DNA of 64,000 nucleotides from an uncultured Actinomycetes bacterium (GCA_963759365.1 CAVWYX010000007.1:29422-93421), one strand, 5' to 3'. Positions 19,040 to 27,472 are shown, numbered from the stretch's first letter. Program-made: numbers and translations. Notes: generated from the sequence alone by a model not told the origin.

Positions 19040-19444
19040 GTGCCGTTCACGCTCAGGAACATCAAGGAGGATCTGGAGGACATCGGCTCGAGGTTCGACG
19101 GCGCGCCAGACCTGGAGTTCCGCTTGGCGACCAAGGCGCTCGAGCTCGAGAAATCCGGCCTGAGCTACCAGCGCGTCCCGCCCGGCTATCGCTTTCCGTA
19201 CGGCCACACGCACAAGAAGCAAGAGGAGGTGTACGTGGTCCTGCGCGGGAGCGGGCGGATGAAGCTCGACGACGAGATCGTCGAGCTGAAGGAATGGGAC
19301 GCGGTGCGCGTCCCGCCCGGTACGTGGCGAGGCTACGAGGCCGGGCCGGAGGGCCTCGAGATCCTCGTCATCGGCGCGCCCAATCTCGGCGAGGCTCCGC
19401 GCGAAGACGTCGATGGCCAGCGCGACTGGTGGGCTGACGAGTAG
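19040..19444 (+). CDS. cupin domain protein
   Basis: GTG 19040; YGHTHKKQEEVYVVLRGSGRMKLDDEIVELKEWDAVRVPPGTWRGYEAG. Confidence 0.8.
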   Translation: MPFTLRNIKEDLEDIGSRFDGAPDLEFRLATKALELEKSGLSYQRVPPGYRFPYGHTHKKQEEVYVVLRGSGRMKLDDEIVELKEWDAVRVPPGTWRGYEAGPEGLEILVIGAPNLGEAPREDVDGQRDWWADE

Positions 19445-19462
19445 ACCGGTCCGTAAGCCCTT

Positions 19463-19520
19463 CGTCTGAGCGAGCGTCTTCTCACCTGAGGTAGTCGGGT
19501 ATTACCGCTACTCAGTAGTC
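19463..19520 (+). repeat. J10: L-M(v1), no H; only a weak R-like stretch about 19596-19635
   Basis: cgtctgagcgagcgtcttctcacctgaggtagtcgggtattaccgctactcagtagtc|acgtgg. Confidence 0.8.
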
Positions 19521-19638
19521 ACGTGGCGAACGCCGCAACGGTCTCCGCCTGCCGGAGACCCATTCAGTCGGCGACGTTCGAACCAAGCGCCTTCACCGCC
19601 TGGCTGGGGGCAGTCTGCCGACGAGATAATGCGGAGCA

Positions 19639-20019
19639 GTGTACGTCGAGGAGCTCGAGGGAAACGTTCTTGGCTCGTCGGGAGATGACTTCGTCATCGT
19701 CCAGTGGAAGGCGGACGTCGGCGAGCATTGGATCGCGCCGCTTCACATTCATCACCATGACGATGAGGCGTGGTATGTGCTCTCCGGGACGCTCGGCTTC
19801 CGCCTCGGTGACGCTGAGATCCAGGCCCACAGTGGGGGCGCTGTTCTGGCTCGGCACGGCACCCCGCATACCTTCTGGAACGCTGGCGAGACCGAGGCTC
19901 AGTACCTACTCGTGATGACGCCGCGAATCGCTGAACTGGTCGAACAGATCCACCAACCCGGTGCCGACGTTGGCGCGATCTTCGCGTCGCACGCGTCAGA
20001 GATCCTCGCGCGTGAGTAG
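19639..20019 (+). CDS. cupin domain protein
   Basis: 126 aa; HIHHHDDEAWYVLSGTLGFRLGDAEIQAHSGGAVLARHGTPHTFWN. Confidence 0.75.
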   Translation: MYVEELEGNVLGSSGDDFVIVQWKADVGEHWIAPLHIHHHDDEAWYVLSGTLGFRLGDAEIQAHSGGAVLARHGTPHTFWNAGETEAQYLLVMTPRIAELVEQIHQPGADVGAIFASHASEILARE

Positions 20020-20023
20020 TCCA

Positions 20024-20128
20024 CTTCTCGCCTGAGCGAGGTCATCCGCCGCTTCAGCACAGTCCGGTAATCACAACTCTGTAGTCGCTGGCTCAACTCC
20101 GGCCCGTTTGAGGGACGTCTCGGCGGAG
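20024..20128 (+). repeat. J11: L-M(v2) with degenerate R
   Basis: cttctcgcctgagcgaggtcatccgccgcttcagcacagtccggtaatcacaactctgtagtc|gctggctcaactccggcccgtttgagggacgtctcggcgga. Confidence 0.7.
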
Positions 20129-20177
20129 GATCGGCTACCTCTGGGCAGAAACTCGCCGTGTGCTCTCCGCATGGCTC

Positions 20178-20536
20178 ATGTTCGACCGGTTCGCGAAGGC
20201 ACTGAGGGTCGCTGTCCGCGACGAGGGCTTGGTACAGATCCTCGGGCGGGATTCCTCCTCGTCGCCGTTGGCACCATCACCTACACCACGAGCCAGGACT
20301 GGAGTCTTGTTGACGGCTTCTACTTCGCCGTCGCGACGCTGACGACATCGAGCATCGCCGACCCGGAGCTCACGATCACGGGCGCGCCGATCAAGATCTT
20401 CACCGTCTTCTACATCTTGGTCGGCATCGGCATCCTGGTCGAACTCGCTCGACAACTCGGCTTCGCCTACGTCCAGGTACGGCGCGAAGAGAAAGAGGCG
20501 AAAGCCGCCAAAGCAGAACACACAGCCGAGACGTAG
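20178..20536 (+). pseudogene. two-TM ion-channel (Ion_trans_2-like) protein, probable frame break about 20245-20252, degenerate filter
   Basis: MFDRFAKALRVAVRDEGLVQILG (frame of 20160 ORF) continues as GFLLVAVGTITYTTSQDWSLVDGFYFAVATLTTSSIAD... (20108 frame). The filter reads TTSSIAD instead of TTVGYGD. Confidence 0.5.
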
Positions 20537-20566
20537 CCGAGTTTCCTGCCGCAGCACTGCGGGCTT

Positions 20567-20650
20567 TCGGGGATAAACGCAACTCTGTAGTCACGCCGAG
20601 GACCCTCGCCTGGAAAAATTCTCTTGGCAGAGTGTCGAATCCGGGGGCAG
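20567..20650 (+). repeat. J12: M(v2)-H-like with interrupted, degenerate R
   Basis: tcggggataaacgcaactctgtagtc|acgccgaggaccctcgcctgg aaaaattctctt ggcagagtgtcgaatccggggg. Confidence 0.65.
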
Positions 20651-20712
20651 CCGTTCGTCTAAGAGGTGAAGAGGCGGCCGGAGGAGGCCGCCGGGAGACA
20701 AGGGAGGCACGG

Positions 20713-21105
20713 ATGACGCGGTACCTGATCTCGTTCGATGACGGCTGGATGACCTTCCCCGAGGAGGAGTTGCCCGACGTGGCCAAGGCAGGGATCGAGG
20801 TGGTCAAGGAGGCCCAAGACGCCGGAGTGTGGGTTTACGGCGCCGGACTGGAAAGCCAGAGGGCGAGCATCGTGGCCACCGACGGGATCGTCACCGACGG
20901 CCCCTTCCCGGAGACAAAGGAGGTCATCGGCGGGTTCTCGATAGTCGATGTGCCCTCACGCGAGGAGGCGCTGGAGTGGGCTGCCAAGATCGCCGTCGCC
21001 TGCCGCTGCGCGCAAGAGGTACGGATGATCCTGCCCGACCCGCCAGGGCTAGAGCAAGATGTCCCTCGGGCGCGCTCGGCGCATCAACCTGAACCTGCCC
21101 GCTAA
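20713..21105 (+). CDS. YciI-like (YCII/DGPF domain) protein
   Basis: ATG 20713 after AGGGAGG; MTRYLISFDDGWMTFPEEELPDVAKAG...TDGPFPETKEVIGGFSIVDVPSREEALEWA. Confidence 0.8.
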   Translation: MTRYLISFDDGWMTFPEEELPDVAKAGIEVVKEAQDAGVWVYGAGLESQRASIVATDGIVTDGPFPETKEVIGGFSIVDVPSREEALEWAAKIAVACRCAQEVRMILPDPPGLEQDVPRARSAHQPEPAR

Positions 21106-21137
21106 GGCGGATCGTAGTCGCGGTTTCGGCAGAACCT

Positions 21138-21215
21138 GGGTAGTCCGGTATCACCGCTACTCAGTAGTTGGAGAGGGAACCCTCGCCTGGGCCAGGTTCC
21201 GGAATGACCCCCGAG
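21138..21215 (+). repeat. J13: M(v1)-H-R
   Basis: gggtagtccggtatcaccgctactcagtagttggagagggaaccctcgcctgggccaggttccggaatgacccccgag. Confidence 0.85.
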
Positions 21216-21236
21216 CGGGGACGCTCGGTGGCCCGA

Positions 21237-21760
21237 TTAGCTTCCCCGCGTTTCCGGGCGAATCGGCAGCATCAGTGAGCAATAGCCGTTGATCAGGGCG
21301 TAGCCGCTGTCGGTGTAGAGACGGAGAGCGGGGTCGTTGTCTTCCTCGGTCTGCACGACTAGGCGGAGTGCGCCCGACGCGATTGCAGCCGATCGGACGG
21401 AGCTGAGAAGGGCACGACCGACTCCACGACGACGGTGCGTCGGCAGGACGAAAAGGTCTCTGATCTCCCAGAAGTGCGCGAGCCGCAAGGATGCCGGTAC
21501 TTCCATCGCGATCGCGAAGCCGACGAACCTCCCACTGCTTCGGCGACGAACGCGCGTAGGTGCGTGCTGAGGTTCTGTTCCAGCCAACCTATCGCCTGGG
21601 AGGAGTAGGAAGCCTCGCCGTAGTGGGCGCGATACTTGTCGAAGAGCTCGGCGAGTGCTTCGATTTCGCTGCGTGTCGGTGCGGTCAGAGTCCGAACTGA
21701 GACCGGCTCGCCGGTGGCTGAAGGACTGGGATGGGTCTTCTGACTCACGGCTCTCTCCAC
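21237..21760 (-). pseudogene. GNAT acetyltransferase, near-identical copy of 12973..13497 with a 1-nt deletion
   Basis: Collinear with 12973-13497. ctgtcttcggcg in copy 1 reads ctgcttcggcg here (about 21535), which splits the ORF into 21237..21587 and 21359..21838. Confidence 0.75.
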
Positions 21761-21787
21761 GAAAACGGTATCGCCAAGCGGCAGTAA

Positions 21788-21913
21788 CCTCGCCTGGGCC
21801 AGCGTTCTCTCACCTGAAGGCCCTTCCGGTATTACCACTACTCAGTAGTTGGAGAAAGAACCCTCGCTGCAGAGAACCCTCGCCTGCGCCAGCGTTCGGG
21901 AATGTCACTCGGG
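21788..21913 (+). repeat. J14: full L-M(v1)-H-R with internal H duplication
   Basis: cctcgcctgggccagcgttctctcacctgaaggcccttccggtattaccactactcagtagttggagaaagaaccctcgc tgc agagaaccctcgcctgcgccagcgttcgggaatgtcactcggg. Confidence 0.9.
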
Positions 21914-21918
21914 CTCTG

Positions 21919-22521
21919 CTAGAAGTCGATGCGCATGACGGCGCGGCGGAGGGTTGGGCGGCTGACCTCTGCGAAGCCGGCGGCGGTGAAGATGCTGACG
22001 TGGCCGACGTTTAGCTCGCCCCATGGAACGTCCTTCCCACGCTCGGGGTTCATCGGATAGCCCTCCAGGGCACGGGCTCCACGCTCGCGCGCGAAGTCCA
22101 CGGCGGCGCGTGCAAGCGCGTAGCTGAGGCCGCGGCGACGGAACCCTGAGCGGGTGATAAAGCACGGCACGGCCCAGACGCTGGCGTCGGTTCTGTCCTC
22201 TTTTCGCTTCCGCCAAGGCACGCTACGGAGATACGGGTAAGCGGTGCGCGGCTCCACGTTGCACCACCCGGCCGGCTCACCATCGAGATAGGCGACAAGG
22301 CCGCTTGTCGTGGCCGATCTTGGATGCCCGCAATCGGTCTGCTCGCGCAGCATGTGCGCGCGATCGAGCGCGTCGCCGGGCCATGCGGTCCCATGGAGCT
22401 TGAAGCGCTGGCAGTAGCAGCGTCCCCCGTGACAGCTGGCGCCCGCGAGGATTGCCTCTAGGTCATCCCAGGATGCCTTGTTCGCCGGGACGATCCTCGC
22501 CCCCAACGCCGAACCCCTCAC
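21919..22521 (-). CDS. GNAT family N-acetyltransferase
   Basis: ...CHGGRCYCQRFKL...WAVPCFITRSGFRRRGLSYALARAAVDFARERGARALEGYP. The start is assumed to be GTG (complement 22519-22521) and is uncertain. Confidence 0.7.
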   Translation of the reverse strand: MRGSALGARIVPANKASWDDLEAILAGASCHGGRCYCQRFKLHGTAWPGDALDRAHMLREQTDCGHPRSATTSGLVAYLDGEPAGWCNVEPRTAYPYLRSVPWRKRKEDRTDASVWAVPCFITRSGFRRRGLSYALARAAVDFARERGARALEGYPMNPERGKDVPWGELNVGHVSIFTAAGFAEVSRPTLRRAVMRIDF

Positions 22522-22570
22522 GCCGATATCCTGCCGCAGGCAGGTGGCGAGACCAAAGTCGATCCCGACG

Positions 22571-22679
22571 CTCGGCCTGGGCCAGCGTCCTCTCACCTGA
22601 AGGCTTCCGGTATTACCGCTACTCAGTAGTTGGAGAGAGAACCCTCGCCTGGGCCAGTGTTCGGGAATGTCCCCTGACG
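22571..22679 (+). repeat. J15: full junction, best consensus copy L-M(v1)-H-R
   Basis: ctcggcctgggccagcgtcctctcacctgaaggcttccggtattaccgctactcagtagttggagagagaaccctcgcctgggccagtgttcgggaatgtcccctgacg. Confidence 0.95.
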
Positions 22680-22854
22680 ACAACCCGTCAGATCAACCTG
22701 ACGATCAAAAACGACTACGGGAAGAGCGCCGATTGAGCGCAAGCTCATCCTCGGACACCTCGCCGAGGTCGAGCCGCTCCTGCGCGCGACGTGCACGCAC
22801 GAGACAACCCCTCGCAGCCGATCGACGCGGTCGTGGCGGAGCTCGGCTCGACGG

Positions 22855-24033
22855 CTAGTCGCCTCGGCGAAGCACGCCCGCGGCCAACGCGATGATTCCC
22901 ACCAGGGCGGCGACGAGGCAGAACGACGTCGTAAGCGACGACGCCGAGGCGATGCCGCCGATCACTCCGGGGACGACGAGGCCGCTCGCGTAGGCGACGA
23001 CGGCGACGCCGGCGATGCTGCGCGCGGGATGGGCGCCTACGCGCCCGGCCGCGGCGAACACGAGCGGGACGACGACTGCGAGGCCGATCCCGAGCAGCGC
23101 GAAGCCCAGGAGGCCGACCGCAAGGCCGGGCGCCAGTACGACCGCGACGGCGCCGACGAAGGCGCACGCCCCTGAGATGCGGACGGTACGGACAGGCCCC
23201 AGCCTGCGGATCACACGGTCGCCCATGAGCCTGACCGTCGCCATCGCGACAGCGAACGCCGAGACAGCCAGCGCTGCGACGCTCGCCGACCCGCCGAGCT
23301 CGTTGCGAATGTAGAACGCCGACCAGTCGGTTCCGGCCTGCTCGCCGAAGACGGCGCAGAGGCCGACGAGCCCGATCAGGAGAACGGGCCGGGTCGGAAG
23401 CGCGAAGTGCGGCGGCGCAGGTGCGTCGGTCGTCGTCGGGTCCTCGATCAGAAGCTGCGCGACGGCCGCGCCGACCGTGGCGAGGACGAGCGCCTCGACC
23501 GCGAACTGGACCCGCGTGTCGATGCCGACGTGGGCCGCGAGGGCCGAGACGGCCGACCCGAACAGGACGCCCACGCTCCAGAAGCCGTGCAGGCTCGACA
23601 TCACCGACCGGCCGAACAACTTCTCCACCAGGACGCCCTCCGCATTCATCGCCATGTCCGCGAGCCCCGCGACCGCGCCGAAGACGAGCAGGACGGCGCA
23701 GAGCGCCACGAGCGACGTCGGCAGCGCCGGCAGGACGAGGCACGCGCACAACGCGACGACCGTGGCCGTGACGAACGGGCGGAGCGCGAAGCGGTGAGCG
23801 AGACGGCCCGAGAACGGCATGGCGAGCAGGGCGCCGATCCCCGGCATGAGCAGCGCAATCCCGAGATGGCCGACGCCGACGCCGACGTGTGACGCGATCC
23901 ACGGAATGCGGGCCGCGAAGCTGCCGGTGACGCATCCGTGCACCGCGAACACCGCCGCCGTCCCGCGTCGCGCACGCTGGACGTCGAGAGCGGGCGCGAC
24001 CTGATCCGGTGCGGACGTCGCGGCCGCGGTCAC
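22855..24033 (-). CDS. MFS transporter
   Basis: 392 aa, about 12 hydrophobic segments, MFS-like loop GRLAHRF. Confidence 0.85.
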   Translation of the reverse strand: MTAAATSAPDQVAPALDVQRARRGTAAVFAVHGCVTGSFAARIPWIASHVGVGVGHLGIALLMPGIGALLAMPFSGRLAHRFALRPFVTATVVALCACLVLPALPTSLVALCAVLLVFGAVAGLADMAMNAEGVLVEKLFGRSVMSSLHGFWSVGVLFGSAVSALAAHVGIDTRVQFAVEALVLATVGAAVAQLLIEDPTTTDAPAPPHFALPTRPVLLIGLVGLCAVFGEQAGTDWSAFYIRNELGGSASVAALAVSAFAVAMATVRLMGDRVIRRLGPVRTVRISGACAFVGAVAVVLAPGLAVGLLGFALLGIGLAVVVPLVFAAAGRVGAHPARSIAGVAVVAYASGLVVPGVIGGIASASSLTTSFCLVAALVGIIALAAGVLRRGD

Positions 24034-24197
24034 CGTGCGAGACTATCCAGCGCCGGCCGAGAACAACCTGTTCGCATCGTCGACCGACCTGCAGGCCGGA
24101 GCCGCCGCGGCGATCCGCACACTCGCCACGAATGGCAACGTCACCGCGACCGAGCAGCTGCCCTAGGCGACGCAGCCGACGAACAAGTGCGCCCGTT

Positions 24198-24346
24198 GGC
24201 TCGCCTGCGCGAGCGTCCTCTCCCCGGGTTCGGTTAGTCGGGTATTACCGCTACTCCGTAGTGACAGAGGCGACATCCGCGGTGACAGAGGCGACATCCG
24301 GAGAGTCGTCGCTTGGGTGCCCGAGTGTGCGGGAATGTCTCTTGAG
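24198..24346 (+). repeat. J16: L-M(v1), 2 x ~21-nt tandem insert, R
   Basis: ggctcgcctgcgcgagcgtcctctccccgggttcggttagtcgggtattaccgctactccgtagt|gacagaggcgacatccgcg gtgacagaggcgacatccgga gagtcgtcgcttgggtgcccgagtgtgcgggaatgtctcttgag. Confidence 0.85.
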
Positions 24347-24359
24347 CAGTCTGTCGTAG

Positions 24360-25208
24360 CTAGGCCGCGACGCGCCGATATCCGCCGCTGACCCAGTCGA
24401 CGACAAGGCGGCCGTATTCGTCCGCTGCTTGCTCCCACGCGAAGTGACCGGCGTCGAGAGGATGGATCTTGCTGTTTGGGAGGAGGTCGTCGAGGTACTG
24501 GTTGTTCGACCACGGCACGAGGTCATCGTCGCGCCCCGCCACGATCTGGGTCGGCGTCGTGATCGACGGCAGCAGATCGCGTAACACCGGGTTCTGCTCG
24601 GGGTAATGCCGCACGAACCGGGCTGACTCCGCGAACCGACCGAGGTCGTAGGCGCTGACATAGTCCTCGTGGACCTCAGGCTCGCTCTCGCTCCCGGCAG
24701 CGGCCTCTACGGCGTAGCCGATGTTGGTCCTGGCGTCCAGTCCGCGCACGACGTCCAGGCTCGGCGCTTCGATGATGTCCTTGAGCGCGCCGCCTGCTTC
24801 GATCGGGAAGCGGACTGCGCCGCCGCCGACGGTCAAGCTCGTTACGCGTTCCGGAGCCTTCGCGGCAAGGAAGAGCGCTGCGGCCGTGCCGACGTCCGGG
24901 CCGACAACGTGCGGAGCCCCCAGGCCCCACTCGTCGATCAGGCCAGCCAGGAACGCTCCCGAGGCATCGGGGGCGATCAGTTCCGGGCGACCATCGGAGT
25001 GCCCGAACCCCGGCATGTCGATGGCGACCGCCCGCCCGACTGCCGAGACGCGGTGCCAGATGTGACGGAAGGCCCAAAGGCTTTCGGGCCAAGGCGCCAG
25101 CAGCAGCACCGTGACGACGGAGTCCGCCCCGTTGTCGGCAAACCTCACTCGCACCCCGTCGCAGACTCGGAAGTAGGTGGTGATCGGCGCAATCGCTTCG
25201 GCGCTCAT
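24360..25208 (-). CDS. alpha/beta hydrolase
   Basis: Start MSAEAIAP after AAGGAGGAG. MPGFGHSD; C-terminal AGHFAWEQAADEY. Confidence 0.8.
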   Translation of the reverse strand: MSAEAIAPITTYFRVCDGVRVRFADNGADSVVTVLLLAPWPESLWAFRHIWHRVSAVGRAVAIDMPGFGHSDGRPELIAPDASGAFLAGLIDEWGLGAPHVVGPDVGTAAALFLAAKAPERVTSLTVGGGAVRFPIEAGGALKDIIEAPSLDVVRGLDARTNIGYAVEAAAGSESEPEVHEDYVSAYDLGRFAESARFVRHYPEQNPVLRDLLPSITTPTQIVAGRDDDLVPWSNNQYLDDLLPNSKIHPLDAGHFAWEQAADEYGRLVVDWVSGGYRRVAA

Positions 25209-25247
25209 GTGACTGTCTCCTCCTTCACTTCTGTCCGTTCGGCATTC

Positions 25248-25263
25248 GATGACAGTCGTCATC
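25248..25263. promoter_or_regulatory. candidate TetR operator O1 (palindrome GATGAC-AGTC-GTCATC)
   Basis: Perfect 6-bp inverted arms in the divergent hydrolase/TetR intergenic region. A second copy lies at 25286-25301. Confidence 0.55.
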
Positions 25264-25285
25264 GGAGTCAGACGCTAGCAGAAGC

Positions 25286-25301
25286 GATGACGGTCGTCAT
25301 C
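25286..25301. promoter_or_regulatory. candidate TetR operator O2 (GATGAC-GGTC-GTCATC)
   Basis: Same palindrome as O1, 3 nt upstream of the TetR start codon. Confidence 0.55.
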
Positions 25302-25304
25302 TAA

Positions 25305-25937
25305 ATGCCCTACCCTGCCGCTATGGCTGCAAGGAACGAAACGAAGGACCCGGCCGCCGATCGCTGGCGCTCTCCGGCGCGAGCGCGCATGGTGCAGAGC
25401 GCCGCGACGCTCATCCGCGAGCGTGGCATCCACGGCACCGGACTCCGCGAGGTCGTCGCCCACTCCGGCGGTCCCCGCGGCTCGCTCGGCCGCTTCTTCC
25501 CGGGCGGCAAGACGCAACTCGTGACCGAAGCGATCGACGTCGCGCTCGTCGACCTCTTCGGTGATCTCGAGCGTACGCTCAGCGAAGCCGAGACGTTCCC
25601 CGAAGCAATCAGCGTGATCGTGGCCCCATGGCGGCGCCTGCTCGTCGATTACGACTTCGCCCTGGGCTGCCCACTGGCCGCGACCATTTGCGACGCGGCC
25701 GACAACGACAGCCTCCGCACCCATGTCCGCGACGCGTTCGCAGGGTGGCGAGCGCCAGTCGTCGACGCCTACGCCAGGTTTGGGGCGTCGCCGGCGGAAG
25801 CCGAAGCGCACGCGACGGTGCTCATGGCTGCGCTCGAAGGTGCCCTCATACTCGCTCGCGCTCAACGAAGCATCGAGCCGCTCGACACAGTCGAGCGGTT
25901 TTTCGCGTCACGCGCTCCAGACCCACGACGAAGATAG
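25305..25937 (+). CDS. TetR/AcrR family transcriptional regulator
   Basis: 210 aa; HTH region MVQSAATLIRERGIHGTGLREVVAHSGGPRGSLGRFFPGGKTQLV. Confidence 0.85.
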   Translation: MPYPAAMAARNETKDPAADRWRSPARARMVQSAATLIRERGIHGTGLREVVAHSGGPRGSLGRFFPGGKTQLVTEAIDVALVDLFGDLERTLSEAETFPEAISVIVAPWRRLLVDYDFALGCPLAATICDAADNDSLRTHVRDAFAGWRAPVVDAYARFGASPAEAEAHATVLMAALEGALILARAQRSIEPLDTVERFFASRAPDPRRR

Positions 25938-25995
25938 AAGGCGCAAGAACGGCGGGCGCAGTGGCTCCCGTGGGGAGGCACGCCTGGTGACGGAT

Positions 25996-26107
25996 CCCTC
26001 GCGTGTGCGAGCGTACTATCGCTTGGGAGCTAGTCGGGGATAAAGACAACTCTGTAGTTGGAGAGAGAACCCTCGCCTGCGCCAGCGTTCAGGAATGTTC
26101 CCCGGAG
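25996..26107 (+). repeat. J17: full L-M(v2)-H-R
   Basis: ccctcgcgtgtgcgagcgtactatcgcttgggagctagtcggggataaagacaactctgtagttggagagagaaccctcgcctgcgccagcgttcaggaatgttccccggag. Confidence 0.9.
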
Positions 26108-26130
26108 ATCGCGCTCCTAAGATAGAGGGG

Positions 26131-26532
26131 GTGTCGCTGCCCGTGACGCTTCCCCTCATCGACCACTTGGCCTTGCGGGTACGTGACGTCAGACGCAGCC
26201 GCACCTTCTACGAGCGGGCCCTCGAGCCGTTCGGAGTGAAGGTGGTGGAGAGCTCGCAGGGGCCTGGGTTTGCCATCGAGGGCGGTGGAGACTTCTGGAT
26301 CGGAGAAGGAGAACCCCCGGCCGCGCCCGTTCATGTGGCCTTCGCCGCAGCAGACCGAGCCACCGTTGACAGGTTCCACCGCGCCGCTGTCGAAGCCGGC
26401 GGCCGCGACAACGGCGCGCCGGGCCTTCGCCCGCATTACCACGCCGGGTATTACGCAGCGTTCGTCATTGACCCGGACGGGAACAACGTCGAAGCGGTCT
26501 TCCACGGAGACCGCCAGATGCCGGCCGCGTGA
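26131..26532 (+). CDS. VOC/glyoxalase family protein
   Basis: GTG 26131 after GAGGGG; IDHLALRVRDVRRSRTFYERALEPFG...YAAFVIDPDGNNVEAVFH. Confidence 0.8.
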   Translation: MSLPVTLPLIDHLALRVRDVRRSRTFYERALEPFGVKVVESSQGPGFAIEGGGDFWIGEGEPPAAPVHVAFAAADRATVDRFHRAAVEAGGRDNGAPGLRPHYHAGYYAAFVIDPDGNNVEAVFHGDRQMPAA

Positions 26533-26646
26533 CGCTCGCTTGGGCGAGCGTACTGTCGCCAGAGAGAGCAGTCGGGGATAAAGACAACTCTGTAGTTGGG
26601 CGGAGGACTCTCGCCTGCGCGAGTGTCCCGGAATGTCGCCGTGAGG
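26533..26646 (+). repeat. J18: full L-M(v2)-H-R with covarying stem
   Basis: cgctcgcttgggcgagcgtactgtcgccagagagagcagtcggggataaagacaactctgtagttgggcggaggactctcgcctgcgcgagtgtcccggaatgtcgccgtgagg. Confidence 0.85.
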
Positions 26647-26928
26647 ATCTGGCGGGCTCGCCTGGCGCGCCACTTGCGGAATATTGGACTCGACGGCAAC
26701 TGCTCAAGGCACAAGCATCCGGGTGAGGAGATCATCTACGTCCTCGAGGGGTCGCTCGAGTATCAGATCGACGGCATGCCCGCGAAGACATTCAACGCCG
26801 GCGAGGCTTTGATCGTCCCGGCTGAGACGGTTCACGCAGTCAGGAACGTGGGCGAGGGCAACGGGGCCGAGCTTGCGACGTACGTCATCGAGAAGGGCAA
26901 GCCCTTCATCGTTTTGGCCGAGGACTGA
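26641..26928 (+). CDS. short (probably N-terminally truncated) cupin
   Basis: About 95 aa from GTG 26641, which lies inside the R tail; SRHKHPGEEIIYVLEGSLEYQIDGMPAKTFNAGEALIVPAETVHAVRNVG. Confidence 0.55.
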   Translation: MRIWRARLARHLRNIGLDGNCSRHKHPGEEIIYVLEGSLEYQIDGMPAKTFNAGEALIVPAETVHAVRNVGEGNGAELATYVIEKGKPFIVLAED

Positions 26929-27046
26929 GCGGCACATCACAAGAGGTAGAGAGACGTGCAGACCGTGCGCGCGGCTCGCGGCTTGTTCGCGAAGCGTCTT
27001 GCGCTCTCTCGCGACCCGCTGCTTGCGGGCGGTCTACACCGCAACC

Positions 27047-27162
27047 GTTCGCCTGCGCGGAGCGTTCCTCTCCCCAGGTCTCGGTAGTCGGGTATTACCA
27101 CTACTCCATAGTTGAAGAGGGAACCCTCGCCTTGGCCGAGTGTTCGGGAATGTCACCCGACC
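27047..27162 (+). repeat. J19: full L-M(v1)-H-R
   Basis: gttcgcctgcgcggagcgttcctctccccaggtctcggtagtcgggtattaccactactccatagttgaagagggaaccctcgccttggccgagtgttcgggaatgtcacccgacc. Confidence 0.9.
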
Positions 27163-27187
27163 GCAAGGGGGCTGTAGCTTCTCGCGC

Positions 27188-27472
27188 ATGGATAAGGAGT
27201 TGAGCGCGAGGCTCGCCCGCTCCGGCTATGACCGTCCGGGGTTCGCGGCCGACTACGACCTGTACCGCCCAAGACCGCCATCGCTCTTGCTGGAACTCCT
27301 TCCGCGTTTTCCCCAAATCACTCGGCCTCGACCCGCCCGCGTCTCCGCGACCGAGCCTCGCGTGGCTCGAAGAGAGCGGAGCCTTCCGCGAAGTGCGCGA
27401 GATGTTCCTGCACAGCATCGAAGAGGGAAACGCCACTTCCCGCGTCAGGCTTCAGCGGGCATGCGCAGATGA
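27188..27472 (+). pseudogene. methyltransferase remnant (N-terminal and C-terminal pieces, SAM-binding core missing)
   Basis: MDKELSARLARSGYDRPGFAADYDLYRPRPPSLLLELL resembles the N-terminus of the 42406 methyltransferase. WLEESGAFREVREMFLHSIEEG lies in another frame. Confidence 0.4.

Noticed and set aside
19540-19560. Hairpin GGTCTCCG-cctgc-CGGAGACC as an intrinsic terminator
   Set aside because: No U-tract follows, and it lies between M of J10 and the next cassette gene. It is a single occurrence, so I did not annotate it.
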